The notes: generated from the letters alone by a model not told the origin. A DNA stretch of 61,975 nt, filler included, from 7 parts of 7 records of this genome joined end to end with filler, not necessarily neighbours in it; one strand, 5' to 3'. Positions 17,964-28,625 are shown, counted from the whole stretch's first letter. Program-made: numbers and translations.

Positions 17964-18914
17964 TTATTCAGCGAGAGCAGCCTTGACCCGTGCAGCGACC
18001 TCATCGGAGACCCACGCAGTCCAGACATCTTCCTTGTTTTTCAGGAACCATTCGGCAGCCTGGGTTGTATCCCAGTCTTCCGAGTCCATCATGGCAAGAA
18101 ACTCATTATTATCATCAACAGTGGTTGAGTATTTCTTAAGGAACTCGACGACATCGGGAGCCTTTTCCAGCATATCCTTGTTCACAAGGATGTTGACGTC
18201 CGCTTTATCATACTCGGAGCCGGCAAGGCGTACCATATCCAGCTTACCCAGAACAGCCGTGGGGGCCCAGTAATACCCAATCCAGGGTTCCCTCTTCTCA
18301 AAAGCACCAACCATTGTTCCAGCAAGAGCGGAGTTGGATCCGGCAATTCCCAGGTTGAATGTATCTTCCAGTCCGTTTTCAGCAAAAATCTTCTCTGAAG
18401 TCTCCATCTGAGTCCAGCCTGCAACACCACCATAAACAACACCCTTGTCAGGATCTTCCGGATCTTTGAAAAGATGGGCATACTTCGGCAGATCGGTAAC
18501 ATGCTTCAGGTCGGGTGCCAGAGCATCTGCGCCTTCTACCAGATAACGGGGAATCCACCAGCCCTGAGGACCATCGGGCAGATTCTCACCGAGATCAACG
18601 ATATCACCGGATGTCGTATACTTGTCATATACATCCCTGAAATTGGAGTGCCAGGACTCCATATCCACATCGACATCTCCCATGGCAACTCCCTGGATAA
18701 TCGGAAGTGTGTCACCCGTCATAAAGTCGGCTTTGTAGCCGTCCATGCCGTTTTCAATAATAAAAGCGGCAATTCGGTTATGCACCTGGACACTGTCCCA
18801 TGATACATCACCGAAAACGATGGTTGTTACATCACCTTCCTGATCTCCACCGGCTGTCAGCTGGAAAGAAAGAACAACGGCAAGGATTAATCCCAATACG
18901 ATTTTTCGTCTCAT
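17964..18914 (-). CDS. proX: Glycine betaine ABC transporter substrate-binding protein (ProX/OpuAC family)
   Basis: Signal peptide ending AGGDQE, SWDSVQVHN, GYYWAPT; RBS GAGGAG before ATG 18914. Confidence 0.85.
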   Translation of the reverse strand: MRRKIVLGLILAVVLSFQLTAGGDQEGDVTTIVFGDVSWDSVQVHNRIAAFIIENGMDGYKADFMTGDTLPIIQGVAMGDVDVDMESWHSNFRDVYDKYTTSGDIVDLGENLPDGPQGWWIPRYLVEGADALAPDLKHVTDLPKYAHLFKDPEDPDKGVVYGGVAGWTQMETSEKIFAENGLEDTFNLGIAGSNSALAGTMVGAFEKREPWIGYYWAPTAVLGKLDMVRLAGSEYDKADVNILVNKDMLEKAPDVVEFLKKYSTTVDDNNEFLAMMDSEDWDTTQAAEWFLKNKEDVWTAWVSDEVAARVKAALAE

Positions 18915-18937
18915 TTTTTTCTCCTCTGTAAATATTA

Positions 18938-18971
18938 TTAGAACCCTAACTTTATAGAGCTTTATTGTCAA
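18938..18971 (-). promoter_or_regulatory. Putative proX promoter with overlapping palindrome
   Basis: TTGACA-17-TAGGGT on minus strand; TTAG-N4-CTAA (18938-18949) overlaps the -10. Confidence 0.5.
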
Positions 18972-19151
18972 GCTGATCAACCTTGATTTTTCGTACAATA
19001 ACTATCTTAAAACTTTCAAATCCTTAATATACAATGATTTATCTATTATAATTTAACAAAAATCTAATTTATTATTTCAATTCAAATATTTAGTATTATT
19101 ACATGTTTACTTACTTTACAAAGGATTTCTAACAATGTTATTATCAACCCT

Positions 19152-19694
19152 ATGGAAAATCAGGATATGGCCGATGAGGTTGTCGGCACAATAAGACAGA
19201 TAATCAGGGCAGTTGATCTGCAGTCAAAAAAACTGACCAAAGCCTACGGTCTGACAGGACCCCAGCTTATTGTCCTTAAGGAGATCAAAAGGTCCGCAGA
19301 CAAACCTATCTCCGAAATAGCCCGCAATGTGAGTCTATCCCAGGCCACAGTTACTTCTATTCTGGACAGACTGGAACATCAGGAGTTTGCCAAACGCACT
19401 CGTTCCATTACGGATAAAAGGAAGGTCACCCTCTCGTTGACAGAAAAAGCCGAAGCTATTCTTGCGGCCAAGCCTTCCCTTCTTCAGGATGACTTTACCA
19501 GACGGTTCGATAAGCTCGATGGCTGGGAAAAGACTATGCTCCTCTCAAGCCTTCAGAGACTGGCTACGATGATGAACGCCGAAAACCTTGAACCGGTCCC
19601 TGTCCTTGTCAGCGGTCCCATCGAAGCCTCTTCCGGTGCGGTTACGCGATACCTGAATGATTCTGGCTCCGAAACAAAGGATGGTCATTTTTGA
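19152..19694 (+). CDS. MarR-family regulator, EctR/CosR-like
   Basis: IRQIIRAVDLQSKKL...GLTGPQL, SQATVTSILDRLE, DKRKV; divergent from proX. Confidence 0.85.
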   Translation: MENQDMADEVVGTIRQIIRAVDLQSKKLTKAYGLTGPQLIVLKEIKRSADKPISEIARNVSLSQATVTSILDRLEHQEFAKRTRSITDKRKVTLSLTEKAEAILAAKPSLLQDDFTRRFDKLDGWEKTMLLSSLQRLATMMNAENLEPVPVLVSGPIEASSGAVTRYLNDSGSETKDGHF

Positions 19695-19732
19695 AAATAC
19701 TGGTATGAAATTTATAAATCCAGGAGGTTTTT

Positions 19733-20302
19733 ATGTTTGAAGTACCTATCGCCCGATCGGATATTCATGTCCACCTTTCTTCAGACCACATCGAGGCCCT
19801 CTTCGGAGAGGGGCATAAGCTTACCAATGTTCGGGATCTGACCCTCCCGGGGCAGTATGCCTGCGCCGAACAACTGACAATCACCGGCCCCGAAGGTTCA
19901 ATCGACGGCGTGGTTGTAGTAGGTCCGGCCAGAAAGAAAACCCAGGTTGAAATCTCCCTTACCAACGGCATAAGCCTTGGAATAGATCCGCCGATACGAA
20001 AATCAGGGGATTTAGCCGGCTCTCCGGGCTGTATTATCACCGGTCCCTCGGGAAGTGTAACCATCGGCGAAGGTGTTATCGCCGCCAAACGTCACATCCA
20101 TATGCATACCGATCAGGCCCGTGAATGGGGCCTTTCCAACGGTCAGGAAGTCAGGGTGAAGATCCCCGGGCCCCGGGCCCTTATCTTCGACGAAGTTTTT
20201 TTAAGGGTCGGTGACGATCAGGCCCTTGAAATGCACGTGGATTTTGACGAAGGCCACGCGGCGGGAATCAAGGATTTCCAGCCGGTGGAACTCATCGTCT
20301 AA
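19733..20302 (+). CDS. pduL: PduL-type phosphotransacylase
   Basis: HVHLS, PGQYA, AKRHIHM, EMHVDFDEG. Confidence 0.9.
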   Translation: MFEVPIARSDIHVHLSSDHIEALFGEGHKLTNVRDLTLPGQYACAEQLTITGPEGSIDGVVVVGPARKKTQVEISLTNGISLGIDPPIRKSGDLAGSPGCIITGPSGSVTIGEGVIAAKRHIHMHTDQAREWGLSNGQEVRVKIPGPRALIFDEVFLRVGDDQALEMHVDFDEGHAAGIKDFQPVELIV

Positions 20303-20312
20303 AAACCTTCCC

Positions 20313-21674
20313 CTACTTCAGATATCCCAGCCACCTGTTCTGCCGGTCGATCATATGATCCACCAGGGCAGGTACACCCGTACAGTCATGGACGACGGGA
20401 TTAACAAGGAGCGCCTGAACAGCGGCATCACGACTCTCCTCAAGCACGGCCTGGGCGGTCAGATCGTAGGTTCCGCAGTAGTTTCTTAAGAGGGCGGCGA
20501 ATCCCCGGGGATAATCCGGGAAAGAAAGCCCCTTTATACCATTTGTCCCGACAACGGCGGGAACTTCTACGGCAATGTCTGACGGAAGACCGGGAATATA
20601 CCCGTCGTTCAGGATATTAACCGCCAGTTCCTCATGGCCCGAATCGGTAGCCAGGCCTTCAATTATGTAGACCAGTCTCTCCCGAATTTCATCTACAATC
20701 TCCGCCTCATCAGCAGCCGCCAGAGCGATCTTGTAATAGCTGTAGAAATCGAGGATTCCCTTGTGGTCGGCGACCTTATGGGCCCAGGGGATGTACTCTC
20801 CCAGATGACTGTCTACCGTAATGGGAAAGAGGTGAAAATTATCCATAATGAATTTAAAGAGGTAATGGTCACCCCAGGGTCTGACGGGAATCCCCGAATC
20901 CAGAAGTATCCGATCCTGTGCCCCCTCGGTGTGATGGATAATGCCTGTTTCCCTGTAGTAGGTCAGAATCTCCGAATAACCCGGTTCCTTTTCGAAGAAA
21001 GCAGGAGCCCTCTCCATAACATCCCCGTAGGCGTCGGCTCCGGAATCTTTATACTTCGCCTCAAGCATCACGCTGAAGTGGTTCAGCCCCGCCGCCCGAT
21101 AGAAGATATTATCCAGGGGAGTGTCGAGGATAGTCGGCAGGTTCCGGGCCAGAGAGGCAATCTCATGACACATTCCCACAAATTTCAAATCCGGAAACTT
21201 CCGCTTCACCGTGGTGGTGATGGCCGTCATTGGGTTTGAATAGCAGAAGACGTACGGATCGTTTGCCAGCTCTATAACATCCTGACAGATCTCAAGGATG
21301 GGTGGAATAATACGCAACGCGTGAAAGAGACCTCCTGGGCCTCCGTTTTCTCCATAGACCTGATCGATCCCGAACTGATGGGGAACTGTCCAGTCCATAT
21401 CCCAGAGTTCAAACCGATCACCGACCTCGATAGAGATTATGACGTGGTCGGCATTTTTCACGGCCTCTCTTCTGTCGGTTGTAGAGGTGATCGTAAAAGA
21501 CAGCCCTTTTTCTACCGCATACTCCCTGCCCTTCTTTGCCGTCAATTCCAGTGTTTCGGGGTTTATATCCATCAGGCAAATCTCGGATCCCGCAAGCACC
21601 TTGCTCTGAAAGATATCGCTCATCATTCCCAAACCGAACTGGGCGCTTCCCGCCCCGATTAATACTATCTTCAT
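20313..21674 (-). CDS. GH4 NAD-dependent alpha-galactosidase/alpha-glucosidase
   Basis: IGAGSAQF, GENGGPGG, YSNPM, GMCHE, AGLNHF. Confidence 0.9.
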   Translation of the reverse strand: MKIVLIGAGSAQFGLGMMSDIFQSKVLAGSEICLMDINPETLELTAKKGREYAVEKGLSFTITSTTDRREAVKNADHVIISIEVGDRFELWDMDWTVPHQFGIDQVYGENGGPGGLFHALRIIPPILEICQDVIELANDPYVFCYSNPMTAITTTVKRKFPDLKFVGMCHEIASLARNLPTILDTPLDNIFYRAAGLNHFSVMLEAKYKDSGADAYGDVMERAPAFFEKEPGYSEILTYYRETGIIHHTEGAQDRILLDSGIPVRPWGDHYLFKFIMDNFHLFPITVDSHLGEYIPWAHKVADHKGILDFYSYYKIALAAADEAEIVDEIRERLVYIIEGLATDSGHEELAVNILNDGYIPGLPSDIAVEVPAVVGTNGIKGLSFPDYPRGFAALLRNYCGTYDLTAQAVLEESRDAAVQALLVNPVVHDCTGVPALVDHMIDRQNRWLGYLK

Positions 21675-21714
21675 TTTCTTCTCCTGTGAAAACCGGTCTT
21701 TGCTGTGACGGAAT

Positions 21715-22806
21715 TCATGTCGTTTCTCTTTTCAAAAGTACCGGAGCCAACAGCTCCTGCACACATTTTTCATCATCACCTTTCTTTTCAAGGAGCCAGA
21801 CTATTCTTGCCGTGGCCCTTTCCGCAATCTCTTCCCGGGGCTGATGGATTGTCGTTATCCCCGGTTCGGTCAGAGTTCCTATAGGTGAATCATCAAAGCC
21901 GATGATCTTCACATCTGCAGGGACCCGGATACCAGCCTCCAGGCATCCGGTTAAAGCGCCGAAGGCCATCAGATCCGAATGGAAAAAGAGACCGTCGCCG
22001 GGCATCAGCTTTCCATGCGGACTCTCCCCGGCCCGCTCCAATATCATTTTTCGGGCCGATAAAAAAGTTCCGTCTATGAACACATCCTCGACCGCCGCTT
22101 CAGGGACTCCCAGAAACTCAAGTGCCTTATGAAAGCCGGCGGACCGGGCGGGGAACTCATTCAGAAACTCCGGCTCGTCCCTGCCGCTCCCGGCTCCTGC
22201 CCTGTCCTTACCGCAATCGGGGATGGTCACATTGAAAAACCTGCGGCACCCCTTTTCCCTAAGATGCCGGGCCGCAATTTTTCCTCCCAGCCTGTTGTCG
22301 GTGTAGAAGGCATCCAGGATCTCGGATATGAACCCTCCGGGCCGCAGGTGCACCTGGACCACCGGCATCTCCCACTTTCTTATCAGCTTATAATCCTCCG
22401 ACGGAATCTCACCATGGAGCACAAGAAACCCGTCTACCTTGTTCTGCCGGATCAGCCGCTCGATATTGGACTCGCCGGTATCCGGGTGACGGGCCTCTAC
22501 CAGTATCCCGTCCAGCCGACGGCTCTCCAGTTTTTTTCTCAAGTCCATAAAAAGCCGGTTTATGTAGAGGGATGAGTTAAAATCCTCCATTCCGGCAGGG
22601 AAAACAATCCCGATGACACTGGTCTTTCTTCGGCTTAAAGACCGGGCGTTTGAGTTGAACTGAAAATTATATTCCCGGGCCAGAGCTTTTATACGCTCTC
22701 TGGTGGCCTCGGTAACCCGGGGACTGTCATTCAACGCCCGGGAGACTGTGGAGTGGTTCACCCCGGCGATTTCGGCCAAATCTTTGACGGTCATATGCTT
22801 TTTCAC
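21715..22806 (-). CDS. LacI-family regulator
   Basis: TVKDLAEIAGVNHSTVSRALN, IGFDD, TTIHQP; likely GTG start at 22806 with RBS GAGGA. Confidence 0.92.
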   Translation of the reverse strand: MKKHMTVKDLAEIAGVNHSTVSRALNDSPRVTEATRERIKALAREYNFQFNSNARSLSRRKTSVIGIVFPAGMEDFNSSLYINRLFMDLRKKLESRRLDGILVEARHPDTGESNIERLIRQNKVDGFLVLHGEIPSEDYKLIRKWEMPVVQVHLRPGGFISEILDAFYTDNRLGGKIAARHLREKGCRRFFNVTIPDCGKDRAGAGSGRDEPEFLNEFPARSAGFHKALEFLGVPEAAVEDVFIDGTFLSARKMILERAGESPHGKLMPGDGLFFHSDLMAFGALTGCLEAGIRVPADVKIIGFDDSPIGTLTEPGITTIHQPREEIAERATARIVWLLEKKGDDEKCVQELLAPVLLKRETT

Positions 22807-22838
22807 AGTTTTTCCTCGTTCTATGAAGCTGAAACACA

Positions 22839-22893
22839 ATACACACGTGTGTATCAATACTTTTATGTTAAGCCGAAAAATCACATTTGTCAA
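22839..22893 (-). promoter_or_regulatory. Promoter and LacI-type operator of the lacI-GH4 operon
   Basis: TTGACA-17-TAACAT on minus strand; perfect palindrome ATACACACGTGTGTAT (22839-22854) with central CG just downstream of +1. Confidence 0.75.
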
Positions 22894-22984
22894 TCGCTTT
22901 AACATCCTCCCCAAAATACTGAATCAGAACCACAACCCGAGGAGTATTAATAGTTAAAAGCTGGTATAATACAAGGAGGATTGG

Positions 22985-23055
22985 ATGAAGAGGAGTGAAA
23001 ACCCTATGGCTGTAAATCCCGATGAAAAATACACCTACGCCGACTACCTGACCTG
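22985..23055 (+). CDS. N-terminus of probable Uma2-family endonuclease (truncated)
   Basis: RBS AAGGAGG; ...DEKYTYADYLT typical of Uma2 N-termini. Confidence 0.55.
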
Positions 23056-23155
23056 NNNNNNNNNNNNNNNNNNNNNNNNNNNNNNNNNNNNNNNNNNNNT
23101 TAATTAATTAANNNNNNNNNNNNNNNNNNNNNNNNNNNNNNNNNNNNNNNNNNNN
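23056..23155. other. Artificial contig spacer
   Basis: N-run with TTAATTAATTAA. Confidence 0.98.
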
Positions 23156-23223
23156 AAAGTATTCATGGAAAAATAATGGATTTAATAGTATAATATATAT
23201 GATTAATTAGCGAGGTACATTAA

Positions 23224-24015
23224 ATGACTTGGTGGCAAGCAATTATTTTGGGTTTAGTACAGGGGCTAGGTGAATTTTTGCCTATATCCTCTTCAGGACA
23301 TCTGGTATTATTCCAAAATATATTTAATATTGAAGGCGGCGAACTGGTATTTGATAGTCTACTGCATTTAGGAACTTTAGTTGCAGTATTCATAGTACTA
23401 TGGAAAGATATTTGGGAAATATTAAAAAAGCCTTTTAGAAAAGTAACATTAAATATAATTATAGCAACAATACCAGCGATTATTGCGGCATTACTATTTG
23501 AAGACTTTATAAATGAAGCTTTTGGAGGAAAATATTTAGGATGGGGCTTTTTACTCACTGCCGTAATCTTAGTTTTAACAACAAAAGTTATACAAGCAAG
23601 CAAAGACAATGATTTAGATGCCATTACAACTAAGCAGTCCTTAGCTATGGGCGTAATGCAAGCATTAGCTATATTGCCTGGTGTATCCAGAGCAGGTTCT
23701 ACTATATGCGGCGGATTATTTACAAAAGGTAATAGAGATGCCGTTACTAGGTTCTCATTCCTAATGTCTATTCCAGCAATATTAGGTTCAATAGTTTTCT
23801 CAATTAAAGATATTATTGAAATTGGTACTTCTGAAACCATCCTAGTCAGTAATGTAATATTAGGAGGGATTGCAGCAATTGCCGCAGGAGTATTATCATT
23901 AAAAGTAATGATCCACTTAGTTAGAAAAGGTAAGCTATGGATTTTTGGAATTTATGTATTTGTTTTAGGTGTAATAGTTTTATTTGACCAATACTTTTTA
24001 CATTTGGTATTTTAA
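23224..24015 (+). CDS. uppP: Undecaprenyl-diphosphatase
   Basis: QGLGEFLPISSSGHL, PGVSRAGST, FSFLMSIPA. Confidence 0.95.
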   Translation: MTWWQAIILGLVQGLGEFLPISSSGHLVLFQNIFNIEGGELVFDSLLHLGTLVAVFIVLWKDIWEILKKPFRKVTLNIIIATIPAIIAALLFEDFINEAFGGKYLGWGFLLTAVILVLTTKVIQASKDNDLDAITTKQSLAMGVMQALAILPGVSRAGSTICGGLFTKGNRDAVTRFSFLMSIPAILGSIVFSIKDIIEIGTSETILVSNVILGGIAAIAAGVLSLKVMIHLVRKGKLWIFGIYVFVLGVIVLFDQYFLHLVF

Positions 24016-24051
24016 TATAAATTATGATTATGTGGGAGAGAACACTTAAGG

Positions 24052-24729
24052 ATGCCAATAAAAGCTTTAACAATTGATTTGCACGGAACACTTGTAAAAG
24101 ATAATAATGTTCTTATGAGAGATATTTGCCAAAGGATAAATGCGAGCTCTCGGGTTTTTGAATCTACAGCAGCAAAGGTAGGTAGATCTTGGCTTGCATT
24201 ATCTGTAGAGTGCTCAGATATATGTTATGATGATAAATTTTTAAACGAGAAAGAATTAGAAAGAGTTATTTTAACAAGACTTCTTAATCAATATAGAAGC
24301 AGATTGGATCCTTACTTAATTCAGGAAGAGATTAGGTCAGAAAGCTTAAGACCAACTATTTACGATGATGCAAGATTATTTCTTACTAGGCTTCCTCTGC
24401 CATGCTATGTTCTGTGTAATGGTGACAGAAAATCTATTGAAAGTGCAGTTGATTACGCAGGATTAAACGTATCTGGTATTATATGTTCTGAGGATGCTAA
24501 AGCGTATAAACCAAATTATAGAATATTTGAGCATGCTGTGGATACTCTAAAATTAAACCCTACACAGGTTTTACACATCGGTGATTCTGTTAATCATGAT
24601 GTAATCCCCGCAAAAAAATATGGTATGAAAGCTGTACTAATAAATAGGTTTGGTCAAAAAATACCAAATGATTTAAATTGTGATATGGTATGTAGTTCTC
24701 TGCTAACATTGCGTTCTATTATAAAATAA
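24052..24729 (+). CDS. HAD-family hydrolase
   Basis: DLHGTLV, YKPNYRIF, HIGDSVNHD. Confidence 0.9.
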   Translation: MPIKALTIDLHGTLVKDNNVLMRDICQRINASSRVFESTAAKVGRSWLALSVECSDICYDDKFLNEKELERVILTRLLNQYRSRLDPYLIQEEIRSESLRPTIYDDARLFLTRLPLPCYVLCNGDRKSIESAVDYAGLNVSGIICSEDAKAYKPNYRIFEHAVDTLKLNPTQVLHIGDSVNHDVIPAKKYGMKAVLINRFGQKIPNDLNCDMVCSSLLTLRSIIK

Positions 24730-24744
24730 TTATTGGAGAATAAA

Positions 24745-25809
24745 ATGAAAAAGATCGTCTTAACAGGCGGCGGTACTGCTGGGCATGTAACCCCTAATTT
24801 AGCCCTAATACCCCTCCTAAGAGAAAAGGGATTCAGAATTTATTATATTGGTTCTTATAATGGAATGGAAAAGGATTTAATATCCGGTAAAAAACATATA
24901 CACTACTATGGTATATCTTCTGGTAAATTAAGAAGATATTTTGATGTAGAGAATTTTACTGATCCTTTCAGAATTATAAAAGGATATTTTCAGGCTAGAA
25001 AAACATTAAAGGAAATTAACCCATCTGTTGTCTTTTCAAAAGGTGGTTTCGTTAGTGTACCTGTTGTAATTGCGGCAAGACATTTAAAAATACCCGTTGT
25101 TATTCATGAAAGCGACTATACTAGCGGGCTTGCCAATAAAATTGCCTTGCCCTTTTCAACCACTATGTGTACAACATTTAAAGAGGCTGCAAAAAGAGCA
25201 GGAAGAAAAGGTGTTGTAACTGGTTCTCCAGTTAGACCAAGTATATTAGAAGGCGACCCTGAACGGGGCAGAATTATATGTGGATTTGAAGTGGGGCGAC
25301 CTATTATCCTTGTAATGGGAGGATCTACAGGCGCTTTAGCAATCAATAAATGTATTGATGAAGCTTTAGATGAAATGCTCTATAAATATCAAGTTATTCA
25401 TATAAGAGGAGTTTCAGATGTTAAAGCTGAACTAAAAGATAAAAGCGGTTATAGGCAGTTTGGATATGTAAAAGAGGAATTACCTCACTTAATTGCCTGT
25501 GCTGATGTTGTTGTATCGCGAGCAGGTGCTAATGCAATATTTGAGTTTTTGTCATTATATAAACCAATGCTATTAGTTCCGCTTCCAGCTAATGCAAGTC
25601 GTGGTGATCAAATGCATAACGCAAAATATTTTGAAAAGTCAGGTTATGCTAAATTATTAAGACAAGAATTCCTAAGTGTTACTAGCTTGTTAAATGGAAT
25701 AAAAGAAGTTTATGATAATAGATATACTTATGAAACAAATATGCGTTCTTCAGGTATGGGGAATGGATTAAATAAATTGTTTGAAGAAATATTGAAAGCA
25801 TCAAAATAA
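24745..25809 (+). CDS. murG: Lipid II GlcNAc transferase
   Basis: TGGGTAGHV, FSKGGFVS, MGGSTG, SRAGA, DQMHNA. Confidence 0.95.
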   Translation: MKKIVLTGGGTAGHVTPNLALIPLLREKGFRIYYIGSYNGMEKDLISGKKHIHYYGISSGKLRRYFDVENFTDPFRIIKGYFQARKTLKEINPSVVFSKGGFVSVPVVIAARHLKIPVVIHESDYTSGLANKIALPFSTTMCTTFKEAAKRAGRKGVVTGSPVRPSILEGDPERGRIICGFEVGRPIILVMGGSTGALAINKCIDEALDEMLYKYQVIHIRGVSDVKAELKDKSGYRQFGYVKEELPHLIACADVVVSRAGANAIFEFLSLYKPMLLVPLPANASRGDQMHNAKYFEKSGYAKLLRQEFLSVTSLLNGIKEVYDNRYTYETNMRSSGMGNGLNKLFEEILKASK

Positions 25810-25849
25810 ATTATATACATTAAAGAAAAGGACTAGGAAATAATAGAAT

Positions 25850-26392
25850 ATGACAGATAAACTAATAGAAAAGAAACTGGATAGTGAAATATTGTTTAAA
25901 GGTGCAATTTTTAATATCCAAAGGCAACAAGTAGTTTTACCAAACGGTAAAAAATCAATAAGAGACATTGTTATAAACCCAAACGCTTCTGCTATTGTAG
26001 CAATAGATGACGATAATAATGTAATAATGGTTAAACAATTTAGAGCTACTGCAGGTAAAGTGTTATTAGAGATTCCTGCTGGTAAACTCGATGAGGGTGA
26101 AGATCCTAAGAAATGCGCAATTAGAGAGCTTAAAGAAGAGACAGGATATGTGTCTGATAACATAAGATTTCTCTTTGCTCCTATGGTTTCTCCTGGCTTT
26201 GCAACAGAGCACATATACATCTATATGGCTACTGATTTGACATTAGGAGATATCGACCTTGATGAAGATGAATTTGTTGAAACAGTCAAAGTGCCTATCG
26301 ACAAAGTAATAAAAATGATAATGAATGGTGAAATCGAAGACAGTAAAACTGTTTCTGGTGTCTTAGCAGCCGCCAGAATATTAAAGGTATAG
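25850..26392 (+). CDS. nudF: ADP-ribose pyrophosphatase (Nudix)
   Basis: EIPAGKLDEGEDPKKCAIRELKEETG, SPGF, DEDEF, DSKT. Confidence 0.9.
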   Translation: MTDKLIEKKLDSEILFKGAIFNIQRQQVVLPNGKKSIRDIVINPNASAIVAIDDDNNVIMVKQFRATAGKVLLEIPAGKLDEGEDPKKCAIRELKEETGYVSDNIRFLFAPMVSPGFATEHIYIYMATDLTLGDIDLDEDEFVETVKVPIDKVIKMIMNGEIEDSKTVSGVLAAARILKV

Positions 26393-26393
26393 A

Positions 26394-28532
26394 ATGAATA
26401 TTAATGATAATGAATTAAATGAAATTGAAAGTAAAGTATTAAGTATTTTAAGTAGCTGGCAAGGCAAAATGCCAGATGAAATTGAATTGCTTGTAAAAAC
26501 TAAAAGCGACATTGACATTAAGAGCTTTAGAAAGTTCTTAAAGAAGCTTGAACAGCAAGGTAAGGTAATGCAAACTAACAAAGGAAAATGGGCATTACCG
26601 GTCAATATCGGTTACTTAGCAGGAACTGTTGATAGAAATCAAAAGGGTTTCGGCTTTTTAATCCCCTTTGATAATAACTTTGAAGATGTTTTTATAGCGT
26701 CAAGTAATTTAAAAAGTGCTATGGACGGCGACAGAGTTTTAGTAAATCTTATTACTAGACCTTATAAAGGAAAAAACAAAACCGAAGGAATAGTTTATAA
26801 AATATTAAAAAGAAATCAAAAGGATATTGTAGGTAGATTAGAGATAATACCTTCTGGCGGATTTGTAGTACCTGATAACAATAAAAATCCTCAAGATATT
26901 TATATTCCTAAAGGTAAATTAAACAATGCTCAAGACGGAGATAAAGTTGTAGCAAAAATCACATCCTATCCTACCAATAAGCGCTCCCCAGTTGGAGAAA
27001 TTATTGAAGTTTTAGGAAGTGCAAATGATATTGGAGTTGATATCTTATCTATCATCAGATCCCTAGGTCTAAGAGAAAATTTCAAACAAAAAGTACTCAA
27101 ATCAGCCGAAAAGCTAAGCACTCAAAAACCTGAGGATAGCATTGATGATAGGATAGATTTAAGAGATTCCGTCACTTTTACAATAGACGGTGCAGATTCA
27201 AAGGATTTTGATGATGCTGTATCTATTGAAAAGTTGTCAAAAGGCGTATACAGACTAGGAGTTCACATTGCTGATGTATCACACTACGTTACGCCAAATT
27301 CATATATAGATATAGAAGCGTATAAAAGGGCTACAAGCATCTATTTAATCGACAGAGTTTTGCCCATGCTTCCAGAAAGCTTATCAAATGGAATATGTTC
27401 ATTAAATCCTAATGTAGACAGACTCTGTTTAAGCTGTATTATGGATATTGATAAAAAAGGTAACGTTATAAACTATTATGTAGATAAAACCATAATTAAC
27501 TCTAAAGCAAGGCTTACCTACGATCAAGTTAACCTGCTTTTCGATGGAGATAAGCAAGTAAAAAAACAACTTAAACATGTTGCAAAACAGCTAATTCAAA
27601 TGAATGATTTGGCAAAAACTCTTAAGCAAAAGCGTATAAAACGTGGCTCACTGGAGTTAGATATTGACGAACCTCATATTATGCTTGATGATTCTGGCGT
27701 ACCAGTATCCGTATCTGCCAGAACAAGGGGTGATTCTCATAAGTTAATAGAAGAATTTATGCTATGTGCAAATGAAACTGTCGCTACCTACTTAAGTGAA
27801 AAAGAATTACCTTGTATGTATCGAATACATGAACAGCCAGATCCTGAAAAAATGCAAGAATTCGGAAGATTTTCTAATAATTTAGGATATCATTTAATGG
27901 GTTCTGCTGAGGACATCTCTCCAAAACAATTGCAGCACCTACTTGATGAAGCAAAGGAAAAGCCCGAAGAGGATGTGCTTCACAGAGTTCTTTTGAGGAC
28001 ACTGCAAAAAGCCAGATATTCACCTAGTAATATGGGGCATTATGGCTTAGCAAGCGATATGTACTGCCACTTTACATCCCCTATCCGGCGCTATCCTGAC
28101 TTAGTTGTACATAGGGTTTGCAAAGCTATTTTAGAACAAAATGATAAATACATAGCTAATATTACAAAATCAATCGAATTAAAAAGCGAACACTGCTCCG
28201 AAAAAGAACGTGATGCTATGCAAGCCGAAAGAAAAGTGGATGATTTGAAGATGACTGAATATATGTCATATCATCTAAATGAAGAATTTGAAGCTATTAT
28301 TTCTGGTGTCGCAGAGTTTGGCTTTTTCGTTGAGCTTCCTAATACAATAGAAGGTCTGGTTCATATGAATGAACTTACTGATGATTATTATATTTACTTG
28401 CAAGATGCTTACATGCTGCAAGGTGAACATACCAAAAAAACATATAAACTAGGTGATAAAGTAAAAGTTATATGCATTAAGGCTGATGTAGCGGAATGTA
28501 GAATAGATTTTGCTTTAGCTGAAGAACAATAG
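26394..28532 (+). CDS. rnr: Ribonuclease R
   Basis: CSD GFGF, TIDGADSKDFDDA, HFTSPIRRYPD, C-terminal S1. Confidence 0.95.
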   Translation: MNINDNELNEIESKVLSILSSWQGKMPDEIELLVKTKSDIDIKSFRKFLKKLEQQGKVMQTNKGKWALPVNIGYLAGTVDRNQKGFGFLIPFDNNFEDVFIASSNLKSAMDGDRVLVNLITRPYKGKNKTEGIVYKILKRNQKDIVGRLEIIPSGGFVVPDNNKNPQDIYIPKGKLNNAQDGDKVVAKITSYPTNKRSPVGEIIEVLGSANDIGVDILSIIRSLGLRENFKQKVLKSAEKLSTQKPEDSIDDRIDLRDSVTFTIDGADSKDFDDAVSIEKLSKGVYRLGVHIADVSHYVTPNSYIDIEAYKRATSIYLIDRVLPMLPESLSNGICSLNPNVDRLCLSCIMDIDKKGNVINYYVDKTIINSKARLTYDQVNLLFDGDKQVKKQLKHVAKQLIQMNDLAKTLKQKRIKRGSLELDIDEPHIMLDDSGVPVSVSARTRGDSHKLIEEFMLCANETVATYLSEKELPCMYRIHEQPDPEKMQEFGRFSNNLGYHLMGSAEDISPKQLQHLLDEAKEKPEEDVLHRVLLRTLQKARYSPSNMGHYGLASDMYCHFTSPIRRYPDLVVHRVCKAILEQNDKYIANITKSIELKSEHCSEKERDAMQAERKVDDLKMTEYMSYHLNEEFEAIISGVAEFGFFVELPNTIEGLVHMNELTDDYYIYLQDAYMLQGEHTKKTYKLGDKVKVICIKADVAECRIDFALAEEQ

Positions 28533-28625
28533 TTATCTAATTTTTACGAAGTTATTTATCTTCTATAAATCTTTTAGCATAATAGCAATTCTAACAGTCC
28601 TTTTTGTTTATTTAGTATTTAGCTA

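Noticed and set aside
17532-22957. Numerous alternative ORFs in contig 2 (for example 20634..21239 +, 22129..22575 +)
   Set aside because: Antisense shadows of well-supported genes in higher-GC DNA
23220-26220. Minus-strand ORFs 23220..23840 and 25801..26220
   Set aside because: Antisense to uppP and nudF with no independent motifs
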